Positions 13,335 through 26,300 of a stretch of 64,000 bases of DNA are shown here, in pieces. The stretch spans positions 4,794,008 through 4,858,007 of the forward strand of contig NW_002060943.1 in the NCBI RefSeq assembly GCF_000150275.1. The letters run 5' to 3'. Source of the DNA: Trichoplax adhaerens. Its lineage: Eukaryota; Animalia; Placozoa. The notes under the pieces are model-generated. The model saw only the letters and a program-made list of their open reading frames with translations. It was not told the DNA's origin and did not search any database. The number at the start of each line of letters is the position of its first letter. Within the stretch, counting starts at the first letter, position 1. A program made the translations under genes and the position numbers.

Positions 13335-16000
13335 CTCGTGTTATGATAATTTGATAATCTATAATGGAAGCCAATTAATGGTACTTTGACATGTTTTGTT
13401 AACTAGCCGTTAAAATTCAAGGTAAAGGTGAAGTCCTAACATTTTCATTGCTGATTTATGAAGGCATATAGCATAGCTAAAGCTATTCTTTGGTGTAACG
13501 GTCTTCCCTATTTCTAGCCACTTAAAAGCTTACTTAGGTAGATATCTATAAAGTGTCGTGTACTGGCTCAACTTCGATAGCTTTATATTATCTAGTCATC
13601 ATCATATTGTAATGAAATGGCTGTTTCATCGTAGACTCAATACTAACTGTAGTAATTATCTTAACCATCTTATTCACTTACTGCGTAATACAGTAAATTG
13701 TTCTGAATGCGTGCGTATGTTGTCGAATAGCGTGATAGTTTTGACATTGTACGCCCCTAATGTACCTATGATTTCTCAATTTAAGTGGCTCAATAAAATA
13801 TACGAATTCCTGAATGAAATAATTCATTTAAAGATTTTCTTGAATCTATTGGATTATTCAAAGAGAATTGGATGTATTAATCATGCCATGAAAGTAATTT
13901 CAGTAAACAGTTCTGAATTTTCGATCTGTCGGTGTTAAGGCAGAGAAGCAGCCGCTTAACTTCTGTATCTCATTGTCACGAAAGTAATCTTCGGGACGTA
14001 TACTTTATTTCTATGTTACGTTCTATATATGTTTATATCTCAGAAATGTTTTACGGTCTCCTTAATTGTAACTATAGTGGTTAACAGTCGATATCCTTAA
14101 TTTAGGATTACGTAGACTAAAGTAGTAATCGCCAACCAGTTAAACTAGATTGTTGTATCTATCACCTCCAAAGTTCTCAAGGCTCAAACTACAATTTCTA
14201 AGTTTAGAGGAAATATCTTAGTAGGATAGCTTTGTATGTATCTGTTAAACTAAGATTAAAGCTTTGATTATTTTAAAAATTGATACAGTAAATTTAATAG
14301 GATATTTGCCTTGGAATATCAATTGATTGCTATTCCAAATAGCAGTAGTACAGGATAGAAATTAAGCTCTCAATCCTTGTTGCAGGTTAGGGCTATTACC
14401 TAGCTCTTAACACTCATGAATACGGTTTCAATGCGCATGGTGACCGATCATACTTGCACAGATAGGAATACTGATCGTAACACCAGACATAATTTTACAT
14501 GGTTGCTGTTAGATACAAAATGATCATATCCAACGAAGTATCAGTCACAGCATTGGATTTGCTTAGTGAAAGCTTGTATTACATATTTTCAAGATAGTAA
14601 TAGTAAGCAAATTCGCTATTATGTCTGGTTAGATAAAATATCAAGGTACGAATATACTTATATGTAGATAATTGAATCAGCAACTGCTGCTCAGTATCAG
14701 GGTAAGCCTGTTTTAGGTATTTTATACACTGATAAAGGTTGCTATTGATATATCAGTTACAAGTACTTTTGCTGTTTTGTTCCTGTTCGTTACTAAATGC
14801 GATTTAGTTCTGTAATATTATATTTACGTACATGATATGTACAGATTACGAAACTGTTATTGTTACTCCGAGAGGGCATCATAAATTTTTAAAACGCATT
14901 TCTGGGAAGTTTATATTGTACATGTATCAAGGTCAAGTGTACTATATGTTATGGCGATAAATATGTGGTCGGTAAAGAAAAATAAGTGGCCATTGCGATA
15001 TTTCTACGTAATTGCATCATTGTTCTTGGTTATCACATGTATGAATATTTCGATTATTAATAATTAAATCTTTATAATATTGATACCATTATCAATTTTT
15101 TAAACTTTAAGATTTTTCTATTTGGATAATGACTACAGCTATACGAATGTAAAATAATAATTACTGATATTTTATTGGCACTCTTCATAATATAATACGA
15201 TCCTGACATAGGCGAATTGTGGAAACTAAGTTTTTCACGATATTATGACAATATACTGTATGGGTAGGCATGTATTTATCTACCACTATATGAATGAATA
15301 TTTATATATCCTTACTATCATCAACTGATTTCAAGGCCTCAAATTTATCGCCTTTCTAGTAGTTAAGCTTCTGCCAACCACTTTAGCTTTTCCATTTGCA
15401 TGATTACCACTATAATGCATACGTTAAGTAATGATAATAACTGGTATTTTAACTAATATCTAGAAGCTGTATTATTCTTTTTTAGAAATAATTGTAATAG
15501 CTAAACTTTAAGATATTACCGCTATCCTAATTAGCCGTCTGTATTATAACTATGCGTTATTATTGCACATAATTATTCATAAATAGTTTGTGAGACATCG
15601 CATGTATCCTATGCCTTGATGATCATACCTTTATCATGATGATAACATACTCTTAACGACTTAACGGCAATATTTATCACACCTCCGTAGCGTAGTAAAC
15701 GAAATCTAATGATGAGTAGCCTAGCCAAAAACACTATTGTCTTATTTGTTATTATAAGATACCTTGAATAATGTAGCATAACTGCCTAATCATCGGCATA
15801 GTATGACTATTCTAAACACAACTATGCTTGATGCCTAAGTTGCGGCAATAGTTGAAGGATGTTATAGTAGAAACGTCAAAATTAATGCAAGTGAAGGGTG
15901 GACTGGATTGAAACACAATTAAAAGTTGCATATTTTTAACAGTATGGCACTGTGCAACACCGTAGCTATAGAGAATTATTCAATCAAATAAAGAATAACA

Positions 16001-16013
16001 GTCGCTTAGCAAC
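16001..16013. promoter_or_regulatory. Candidate RFX X-box upstream of the TPC-like gene
   Basis: GTCGCTTAGCAAC fits the GTY(N)CY-n-RGYAAC X-box pattern. It lies ~1.4 kb before the ATG and ~480 bp before a strong donor (gagtaagt, ~16485) that may end a non-coding first exon. Confidence 0.35.
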
Positions 16014-17373
16014 CAAATCGGTTGGATTTCCATTAGAAGTAATCTTACTCATACGATAGGTTATAACAATTGCAGATATAGAGACAATAGAAAAATAACA
16101 AATAAAATAATTTATTATGATCACGTTAGATAAGACAATGCTTTGTCTTTAAAGTCATTGTCATTTAACTGATAAATAATTTATGCATGGAATATTAAGC
16201 AACTTTGTATTTTTTCTTCACTCTTTCTCCCGTATTTTATCTTATATCCTTTGTACTAGTCGCTGGCTGTATAGAAAACACTGTCTACATTTATGTGGAC
16301 ACATATAGTATATGATTTAGTACAAGTAATGAAAATGGGCAAAATAGCCTAAAAAGCAGTAAAACAATTATTTTGCAACAAGACATAACTAACGACGAAA
16401 TATTATTAATTGGTATCCTAAAATTTTTCTATTATTCTATTTCTAAATTTGTTATCAATATTCAATCAACGACAACGACATCGAGTAAGTTTTTTTCTGC
16501 AAATGTAAAGATTGATCAATTAATAGAATAGGTGTAAGGGTTGATTCTTTCTATATCTGATAATAAGCGTATGCATTTAGCCATCGATTAGCTCCATTAT
16601 AACATTCATACAGGTTGCTTTAAATAACAGAAAATTAAACTAAGTCTACAGTAGTTCAAGAATCCAGTGTTATATCATCGATATTTAACATCTTTTTCTA
16701 ATATGTTATCGAATACAAAATTAAATTTGCTGCTAAATATAATATGAGATGAAACTTATAGCACATCTTATCTATAGACTATAGTTAAGGTTCCTAAAAT
16801 ATTTAATCATCGCCTTTACGTATATGCAGAAACCTTTTTGATTTTCCGATTAAATTTATCTAGACTTAAAGGCAACCATTGCTTACCTTTATAAATGTGA
16901 TCAGCTTTCGACATTGATGCAAGCAGTTGTCGATTACAGCTTTAATATGCGATAAGAGAGATCTTACTGTTTATTTATGACTATGAATATTCCATTTACT
17001 AAATATATCCTATAAATTAAGCCAAATTATTTTCTAGTTTATTCCTATAATTTTCCTTGATTACAGTACTGCAAGTTTTTTTCTTTAATATTGCATTCTG
17101 ATAAACGAAATTGAATTCATCACAGATTCCAAGTCTACGCCAGATACTGCATTATTTATTTCTAACTTGAAACTTCCGTTAGCTCGTCGGAACTAACTGT
17201 AGAGTATCAAGATTGTGTTATAAACAAAATCTTGTATGAAAATAGAATCAAACTGCGAAGGTTCGATCAACTACATCATCGCCTTGTATTTTGTCGATAT
17301 TATAAATAGTACTGATTAGCAAAGTAATTACTGTCTATTTCCATTGCATTCAATTCAGGCTTGTAGGTATAAA

Positions 17374-20300
17374 ATGCCAAGAAACAGCGTTCACGATATC
17401 GAAGCTAACTGTATCGGCAGAAAAAATAATGTCTCCAATCATAAACGGAAAAAATCTACAATTTCCGAGCCAGTTAGCAATCGTAATAGTATTGCGTCTT
17501 GGCTAGGACTTAATCAAGATAAGCATTTATTTCCTAATAGAAGTTTCGAACGTCGCCCATCTATCGAAAATTTTGGACGTATTGGATTTATTGTACCTGC
17601 TTTAGCATTAGTGCCTAAAGCAGACGGTGTAAGTAGTCTGATATCACTTTAAATTAATAATTTTTTTTTTACATCTGGCTGCAATATCATACCATAATCG
17701 AATAAAGCGTACTTAGTCAAACACAGCATAAACAGTATACAACGTTACCGCCTGTAGAGACTAAAATACTCTATTCTATAAATGAATCATCCACTTCGAT
17801 AAGATGATTTTTCTTCAGTAACACATCATTCATTAGGATTTAACGAGAACACAACACCATATCATAAACAGAGTATTGAATTATCTTTAAAATAACATTA
17901 TTCTAGGGCTAAAAGGTGATAACAATTTCATGGCTTCTTCATTAAGTTTTATACCTGTAGAGGAAGTCAGTCGCATGGCATTCATCATTAATAATCAAAT
18001 ACTGCTAATCATTAGATTACCTTTATTCTTATACTAATATTAGAAATCTATCCAAATTGATTGGATAATTCATATCAATCGAAAAGAATCACTGGGCTAG
18101 TTATGATATTACCTCAACTTAACTGTTCAATAACACCATATGGAAATAATCATTACGCATAATCGGTTACATAAGGATAGAAATTCAGGAGTTAGTAGTT
18201 TGATAATTTCGTATCTTAAAGCAATATCACTAGCTTTTTCACTAATTCTGATATCTGTATGGAGGCTATAGACTATTAATTGATTAACAGGCCAGATCTC
18301 TTATTTAAAGAACTTACTTAGTGAAAATAGTGAATTGGAAACAAACTTAAAACGTGCCTTTGTTAAATCCAATTACCTTCTTAGAAACATCGAGTAAAGG
18401 AAGATCTGATAGTGGATAAACTCTTTATCTCCAGTACAATTATGTTTAACCGTCATGCATTTTTTAACATTTATAGTTCGTTCTAGTAATAAGTCGATTG
18501 TAATCATTAAACGACCGTATCATAGCTATAACCTACAAGCTTTAATATCTTGCGAATTATCTTGCTATGAAATCGGGTAAAACATGGAATACTGTTATCG
18601 TTTACGAAATTCCCATAGACAATGTTTCGGTATAGATATCATATACGATTTTTGAAGTACTTCAATATTATCAGCATTTAGAGTCGGTTAGTCCATCTTC
18701 GCAGTAAAGTTATAAAAATTAAAATTATCTTTAATATCAATACTAGATCGAGTTAATATCGATAAATGCTATGGAGTATCTCACTACTAACGAATAGTTT
18801 CCGTCGGACCTAGAAGATGAATTAATATTGCCATAGTCCAAATTTTTTTAAGCGATTATCGCTAATATTGTCCAATTTAATTTGGAAATTCTTTTTTCTT
18901 TTTACATCGGAATGGTATTCGATTAAATTATTTTAGAAAGATGAATTTACTAGAAAATTTGACTTATTACAAAATGAAGAACGTCAACTCAAATTAGCGG
19001 CGGCACATATTGACGATGCCTTAAATCTAAGGTAGCGGATAAGATAAAATATACGATTACTATTGTAAGATCACATTTAAGCTATTATTGCACAATCGTT
19101 GTATAAGTAGTTGCTTTCAAGATTGGGTTTAACAATTCTAGAAGCAATATTAAGACATAGTAGCTGTAGTTGATAACTTGATAGCTTATATTCAACAGGT
19201 ATTTTTTACCTACAACGATCGGTATTCATTCGTTAAAAATCATATTGCGTTTAACTAACCAATTAATGGAGCTAATTACCTGTTTTCTCTATTTATCACT
19301 TAAATGCGAATAGAGGTCGCTATGGCAAAGCTAGAGCTATGTTTAAACCTAAAACAGCTAGACTGTGCTTTGAAATCTTTACTAGTAAATGGTTTTTATT
19401 TCTTGTGTATGTCAATATCATACTACATACGGCATTGCAGTTTGCTGAGCCGCCATCAGTGAAGTAAGCCTGATATAATTAATCTTTAATATGTATCTAT
19501 TATTTCTTCTATTTTCACCGATTGTCCCATTGCAATTTGCAATCTAGTATTTCTTTTGGCATTGTTATGCTTATTTAATGCTTTATTAATGACATTTTAT
19601 TAGGGAGACCTATCCTGTAGTTATCGCTTTAAATGCAGTATGTATCCTCATCTATGTCGTGGATGTTTCACTGCAAATAGTATTTTATACGCCACACGTA
19701 TTTTGGCAGTTAGATGAAATATTTTGGAGACGGTAAATTAAAATTCTAATTGCTTTATATATGATTTCATTCGTTAGTGATAGATAAACTTTCGTTTTGC
19801 TAATATCAATTTTACCAATTGTTATAACACTATGATTTTTTTAATTCTACAGAGTGGAATTTGTCTTCACGGTCTTGTTTACAATTGATTTTATTTGCCT
19901 CAATATCAACGTGCATACCGAAGCAGTAAGTATCTTGACGATCCGATACTAAATAGAAAATTAATTTAAAAATGAGTGAATAATGCAGTACGCTAATTTA
20001 TCATGCGCTAATTGATCATTTAAGCCATAAGATGGCTAAAAATTAATTATGTAACTCAGAACACCGCAAACCAACATGTTTCGTTTAATCGCCTAACAGA
20101 TTAATTTACTATTAATTCATAAACAATCACAACATCAATTATTGGGTTTGAGTCGCGAAGTAATGAAGTATTAACGCAACCCCCGGCTGTATTTTTGCAT
20201 TACTATATTAGTAGCCACTACTATTAGTTTTTGAGATCATTTGGTCCATAGAAATTTTAAATTAACATTACAAGATTCAATATCCCTAGCTGGCTGAAAT

Positions 20301-23300
20301 TACTGCTATATCCAGAAACAATTTTCAATTCTATATGCATACATCCACAAGAAATATACGTAATCCCTATTTGCGGCAAAGGAGTTCTTTCTAATATAAA
20401 TACAGTTTTTTAAGTATATAACGATCTAGTTTGAAGTATTATACTATGTAAAAATAAGAATTAGTGATATACTCGTATATCATTCAATTACCATCGTAAA
20501 TTAAAAATCATAGTTTCTTTAGTTAGATGCAACTTTTGAAAGGAAATCGAAGCAATCTCCGCATGAAAAGTAAACGATTCATTAGCCTAGCTTCGTCTTA
20601 GGAATATATATTAAATAACCATTCTCTTATTCTTTAATATCGATAACATTACCTGATTTAATATAAAAAAACAGCCAGTGTTCAATATTAAATGATTTAC
20701 TTTTTAACTAGCATATTCATGCAACAAGTCGTCGCATTTTATAAATTTTATTGATTTCCAATTAACAGTATGTTCCACAAGTATTTCGATGCCTCCGAAG
20801 TTTGGGATTGATTTGCAAATCACATAATGTTTCCCATATCTTAGAGGTATTTCAGATTGTTTGGCCATAATTTTTAATACAAATTAGAGATCGACAAAAC
20901 ATTACAATCTATAGCTAATCGACGTACGTCATCTATTCGAAATCTAGGTTTTACTATCTATTCTGAAAAAGCTCGGAAGTGTAAGTTTAAATTTAAATAG
21001 TTCACTTTACTTGGCTTAAATAGATTATAAAATAAGTCAGAAATGATTCAAAAGAACACTTTTCATCATAAAGTGAAATAACATTCAATTTTGTGCGTAG
21101 GTATTTGTCACGACATTCTTCTTCATCTTAATATTTGCGGCTATTGGAATTCATACGCTTTCTGGATTTTATCATTGTCCAGGGTAAGATTCTAACATTA
21201 CATGATTTTTTCGTACAAAGATATATTAAAGATTGCTAAAGCTTAACACGCATAGTTTCTATAATATCAAATATATGGTACAGATTACTTGCGATTTGAA
21301 ATAGGGTGATTTCCTTTATGGGAGTCTTAAAACTACATTAAATAAAATTTATATCGCAAATGATTTATGTGATTATCAGTGTACAATGTAAATATATGGC
21401 CATGACTAATAATATCATACATCCAATAAATAGTTTTGATACTGTAAAATGTATAATTTAAATATCGTATAGAAACATGATATCTGTTTATATGGTACGT
21501 ATACTATTCATTTGCTTTCAATTAGTTAAATTATGCTTTACGTAGGATTTCTGCGATATCAAATATGTAAATTAAATTTTATAGAGGATATCTATCTTCA
21601 CTTAAATATATGTCATATATAAGAAATTCTATCATCTTATTATTGTATGTTTTATTTTTTTAGATATGTATTAATATTTATACAGGGTAGCTTATTAAAT
21701 GGAGTATTTTTCTAATATTTTTTCGCTAATTTTGTAATTCTGTCCTAGACTTAACAGCACCGCTGGTATGAATGTATCTGCTTTGACTAACTGTTCCGTG
21801 GGCTCGTTTAATAATGGAATCTACATAGGGTAAATAATATATGCATCATGGCCAACTAATAGTATAATGGAACTAATGCTATGAAAAATTAATTGAACAT
21901 AAAATCAATTTTAATAATGTATCTATTCAATACCTTTATTTACAAAATTATAGGTTCAACGTAATTATATTATTTTTTTTAATTATTAAATAGAGCTTTC
22001 GATAACATTGCCATAGCTTTTCTTCGCCTCTTCGTATTACTAACAACGGAAAACTATCCAGTAAGTTGTCCGCCTGTCACAAACCAGCTTCGTGACAAGA
22101 TAACGTAAAACAAATCTCTAAATTACTATAGTCTCCGGGATTCAGTATCCCTTAACTACCTCACAAGAATTTAGACGCCTTTGATTCTACATTAAAACAA
22201 CTATACAATTGAGAACTACTTTATTCAACTATCTGACGGGCTTATATACCCTTCTACAGCAGTTAACATTCACGAGTCATCTTATAAAAATACTTAGGTG
22301 AGAACATCTACTAACTAATTTTTTACAGTCGGACTACAATATGTCCATTCACAGAATCATTTCAGAGCATATTACAGCACAGCATTTAATTTACTTTAAC
22401 ACATTTATAATTAGAGTAATTCGTATTGTAAGTAACTAGTTGTAATATATTATCACTATATTATATTAACTAAATTTAGATAGCTATTTCTTCACGGTAG
22501 TTCGTACCGTGACACCGCCCTATTTACTGTTAGATTACTTGTTACGGTACCCTACAATAATTGCCTCGATCCATCTCTTAATACATCACCTGAAATTATA
22601 ACTATAGGATATAATGATCCCAGCATACGATGTTAGTGCTATACATGTTGCCTATTTTTGGATTTTCGTCATTCTGGGAGTATTCTTCTTGACCGCTATC
22701 CTGTTAGCTATTATCGTTGATAGCTATTGGTGAGATATAGTTACAAAATTTGTAAAAATTAAGTGCAATACCTTGTGTAATCATTTGATAAATAATTTTA
22801 CTAAAGTGCTACTACAATAGTGTCGTAATTCATCTTTGTAAGCACTGGTTGTCAGATACTAACAACGTCGTTCAATAATGACAGGGAATTTTCCAAGAAG
22901 CATGTGAAAAAGGAAAGAACTCGAGAAAGGGCAGAATTAGCTAAAGCGTGGAATTTGATTGATCCTCTTGGTCAAGGTATATTGCAAGATTTCTTAGTCT
23001 CGTACAAATTGGAATAGATATCCCATCAGGCTGGATTGGAGTTTATTACTTATGATATTAAATCGATTAACTTATCCAATAAACTTTTTCTATGATTAAT
23101 TAATTATAGGAGCTTTACCGGCTAGCGATCAAATCTTTACTGACCTATTTAAATTATTAAAACCTAAAGTAAGTCGTCAATAAAATCTATTCTCTTTACT
23201 ATTTTAGAATCTTCATGAATAAAACCAGCAACTAAAAGCAAATGAAATTTCGAATTTTAATTTATCTATGCCAAAAAATGCGATTAGCAAGAATTTGTAA

Positions 23301-26300
23301 ATTACGTTTCCCATAAAATATGTATGGAACTAAAACTTTTAACGAATTTACCTGTCTATTTCCAGAACACCGACGATGAAAATTTAGAGCTGATTGATTA
23401 TGTTGCTGAAAGAGGTCAGGAAGATATGATTGACTCTTATTCATGGACGACGAGATTAAGAGATGTAAGTTAGCAATAGGAAGATTTGGAATTTTAATAT
23501 CTGATTTTCTAATGATTCTAATGATTCTGCTATGATTAATCTATTTATTGTGACAATGGATAGGCATTAAGTTTTGAATTTGAACGAGAAAGTCAAATTG
23601 ATGAACTCGTAAGTTAACATTAATTTTTCAATATTATTTTTTAGCTCATAATAGACTATTATATATTTTTTTCATACGGAAATGAATAGCATCATGATGC
23701 AAAAAATGATTAAAATCATTTTTCTGTCTTTCCTATAGAATGATTTACCAAATTGCCCTCAGAAAGCCTTTCGCTTGATGCGACTTATTGTTCGCTCGTC
23801 GTACTTTTCCTATGCAACGCTTTCCTTAATATTTTTGCATTGGTAATTTTAACTTAAAATTTTGATTAATGCAACCTAATTTTACTTCCCTAGATATATA
23901 CACTAAATTAAAAAGATGATTAGTTTATAATTTAAAATTGATTGGTTGCTTCTAGTGTACTGTTTGGTGTCCATTGGCGTGATATGAGCTCCTTGGCTAT
24001 AGATATTGTCCAGTGTAAGTATTCTGACGTATGAGTAATGCGTCTTAGCTTTATGATCGCCCTTCTGGTTTACATTGCTAGCTCACCAATTTAATGGGAT
24101 TAGCTAGCGTGGCTAGTAGTATGTAAAATTGACGATTCATCAAATTTTTGCGTATTCTATCAATGTAGACTCTTTTATTAAACAGATAAACTATTAAATG
24201 GATATTTATTTCCAGCCTTTTATATATATCTTGGTATTCAAATCTATAAAACTGCTAATACTCCATAATCAAGATATTTTATATACTGTACTTTAGTGTC
24301 TTAACATATAGTTTCAAGTTGATATAGATGATAAGATTTTGTACACTAATTTCATAACTCTATCATTTTTCCATAGATATTCGAAGCGGTATTATTGGCA
24401 TTCTTTTGGTAATTTTGACTTAATTAATCTAAATGAGTATTATAAAGGTAGTGAAAGTTAACTAGATAATTCTCTCTATGTGTGATTAGATTGAATTAAT
24501 CCTCAGGGTTTTGGCAGAAGGAAAAAATCTCTTGGAACCAATGGAAATTTTAGATATTGTTTGTGTGAGTTGATACCAATATGTAGCTTTTAATCGTTGA
24601 TGATTCTTTAAATTCTTGACGAGAAATGTATGAAAATTGATCCTCGGATCAGTTATAGCATTATTAGTGCGATTTTATTGCTATACCACGTATTCTACTT
24701 TTTTGGTTACCATATAGAATATAACCAGCATTGTAACCAACATTCTCTGGTATTTCATGCGTGATGAATATGGCCGAGGTGTTTGTATTGCTATTTCATC
24801 TGTGGCAATTATTATCCGATTGGCATTTAATTCAGTTCATGTAAGTAAAGGTAGAGCCTTATTTATTTAATTCTATCTATCCATATGAGATCTATGTATT
24901 CCTTATATTGCACTTATCATGATCGTGTCTTATAGACAAATCGAGCTGTCTCACTCTTTATCAAGATCTATCCGGTTATGTTTGATTTGATCCAGCTGGT
25001 AGCAATTATATTGTAAGTATTGAATCCCTTGAGACCTAAACGCAGATTTCTATCTATCGATGTATTGGATATAGTGAAATCCAATCGTTGTAAACAGGAG
25101 TAATTTTACAATTATCATAACAATTCTATCACAACAGTGCAAATACTAGACACACTAACTACCTGGATGCTATAAGTTAATTTTGCGACCTGATTTACGA
25201 TTATCGATCATTGATATAGTTTTTAGTAGTTAATCTGTGTAGAGTTCATAACTCCAAATTAAATGGCTTAAAATTCCTTGCTACTAATACCATTGTTGCA
25301 TACAAAACTCAATTTGATTTAGTGCCGATGCGTATTTAGCTTCACATATTGCGTATACTTGAACTTTGTTACCTATTCAGTATAATTTATTCTATGGATT
25401 TCTGCTGACAGAGAATTTGCTTGATAATATACATAGCGAATATTAAATTAATTCTGATTATTAATTCTTCACTTTTCAACGCTACCAATTCACAGGTGTG
25501 TTTTTGCTACTATTGGAATGGAAATATTTCGGCTGGATCAGTTACGGCATGGCTATAGTATAGATAAGAACTCAACCAATTGCGGTGTAGGATTCAACAC
25601 TTTCGGGTATACTGTACTTTCTCTCTCTTTCAATATCGCACTCTTAAACTAGTAATGATCATGACATGGAGAAATTAAAATATCTTGACATTAAATAATG
25701 CAAACCAGATGTTCCTAATCCTGTCATATTTCTATCTAACATCGCATAGCATAGCGATAATTGCTTGCTGTTTGTTTCCTTAGATGTTCCCTATTATCCG
25801 TTTTTCAAATTTTAACCACTAGCAACTGGCACGAAATCATGAATTCGGTAGATTTTCTGATTTTATAACTACGATATTCGATTTTGAATAGAATATACAG
25901 AAATCATAGCCTAGATCATAGTTAAATCTGTATATGATTGTTTGATTTAAATTACAACATCTGAGGTATGAAATATCGGCGAAATAATTGTTCTTAGAGT
26001 CAATTATATTCCGACATATGGTTGAGGAATATGATTAAGAATGGGCAACTAAGATACAGTATTTACCGCCGAACTACTGTACAACTGCATATTAGGTTAT
26101 AATTATTAATAAGAGCACATGCCGGTAGTCTAGAGAATTTTATTATATTCCTTACGAGCTGTTAAGCAATTACTGAATCGCTCATCTTCAGCTTGCAATA
26201 GGAATAGATCGGAAAGTAAAGCAGTTTGATTTATAAAAGTGTAACTAAACAGTCAGTATCAGATCTAGTTTTTAATCAAACGGTACTTTATATGTCTTTA

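Noticed and set aside
13400-16000. Hidden gene between stomatin B and the channel (ORF 13558-13938)
   Set aside because: No phase-consistent exon chain or recognisable motif; it looks like 3' UTR and intergenic DNA.
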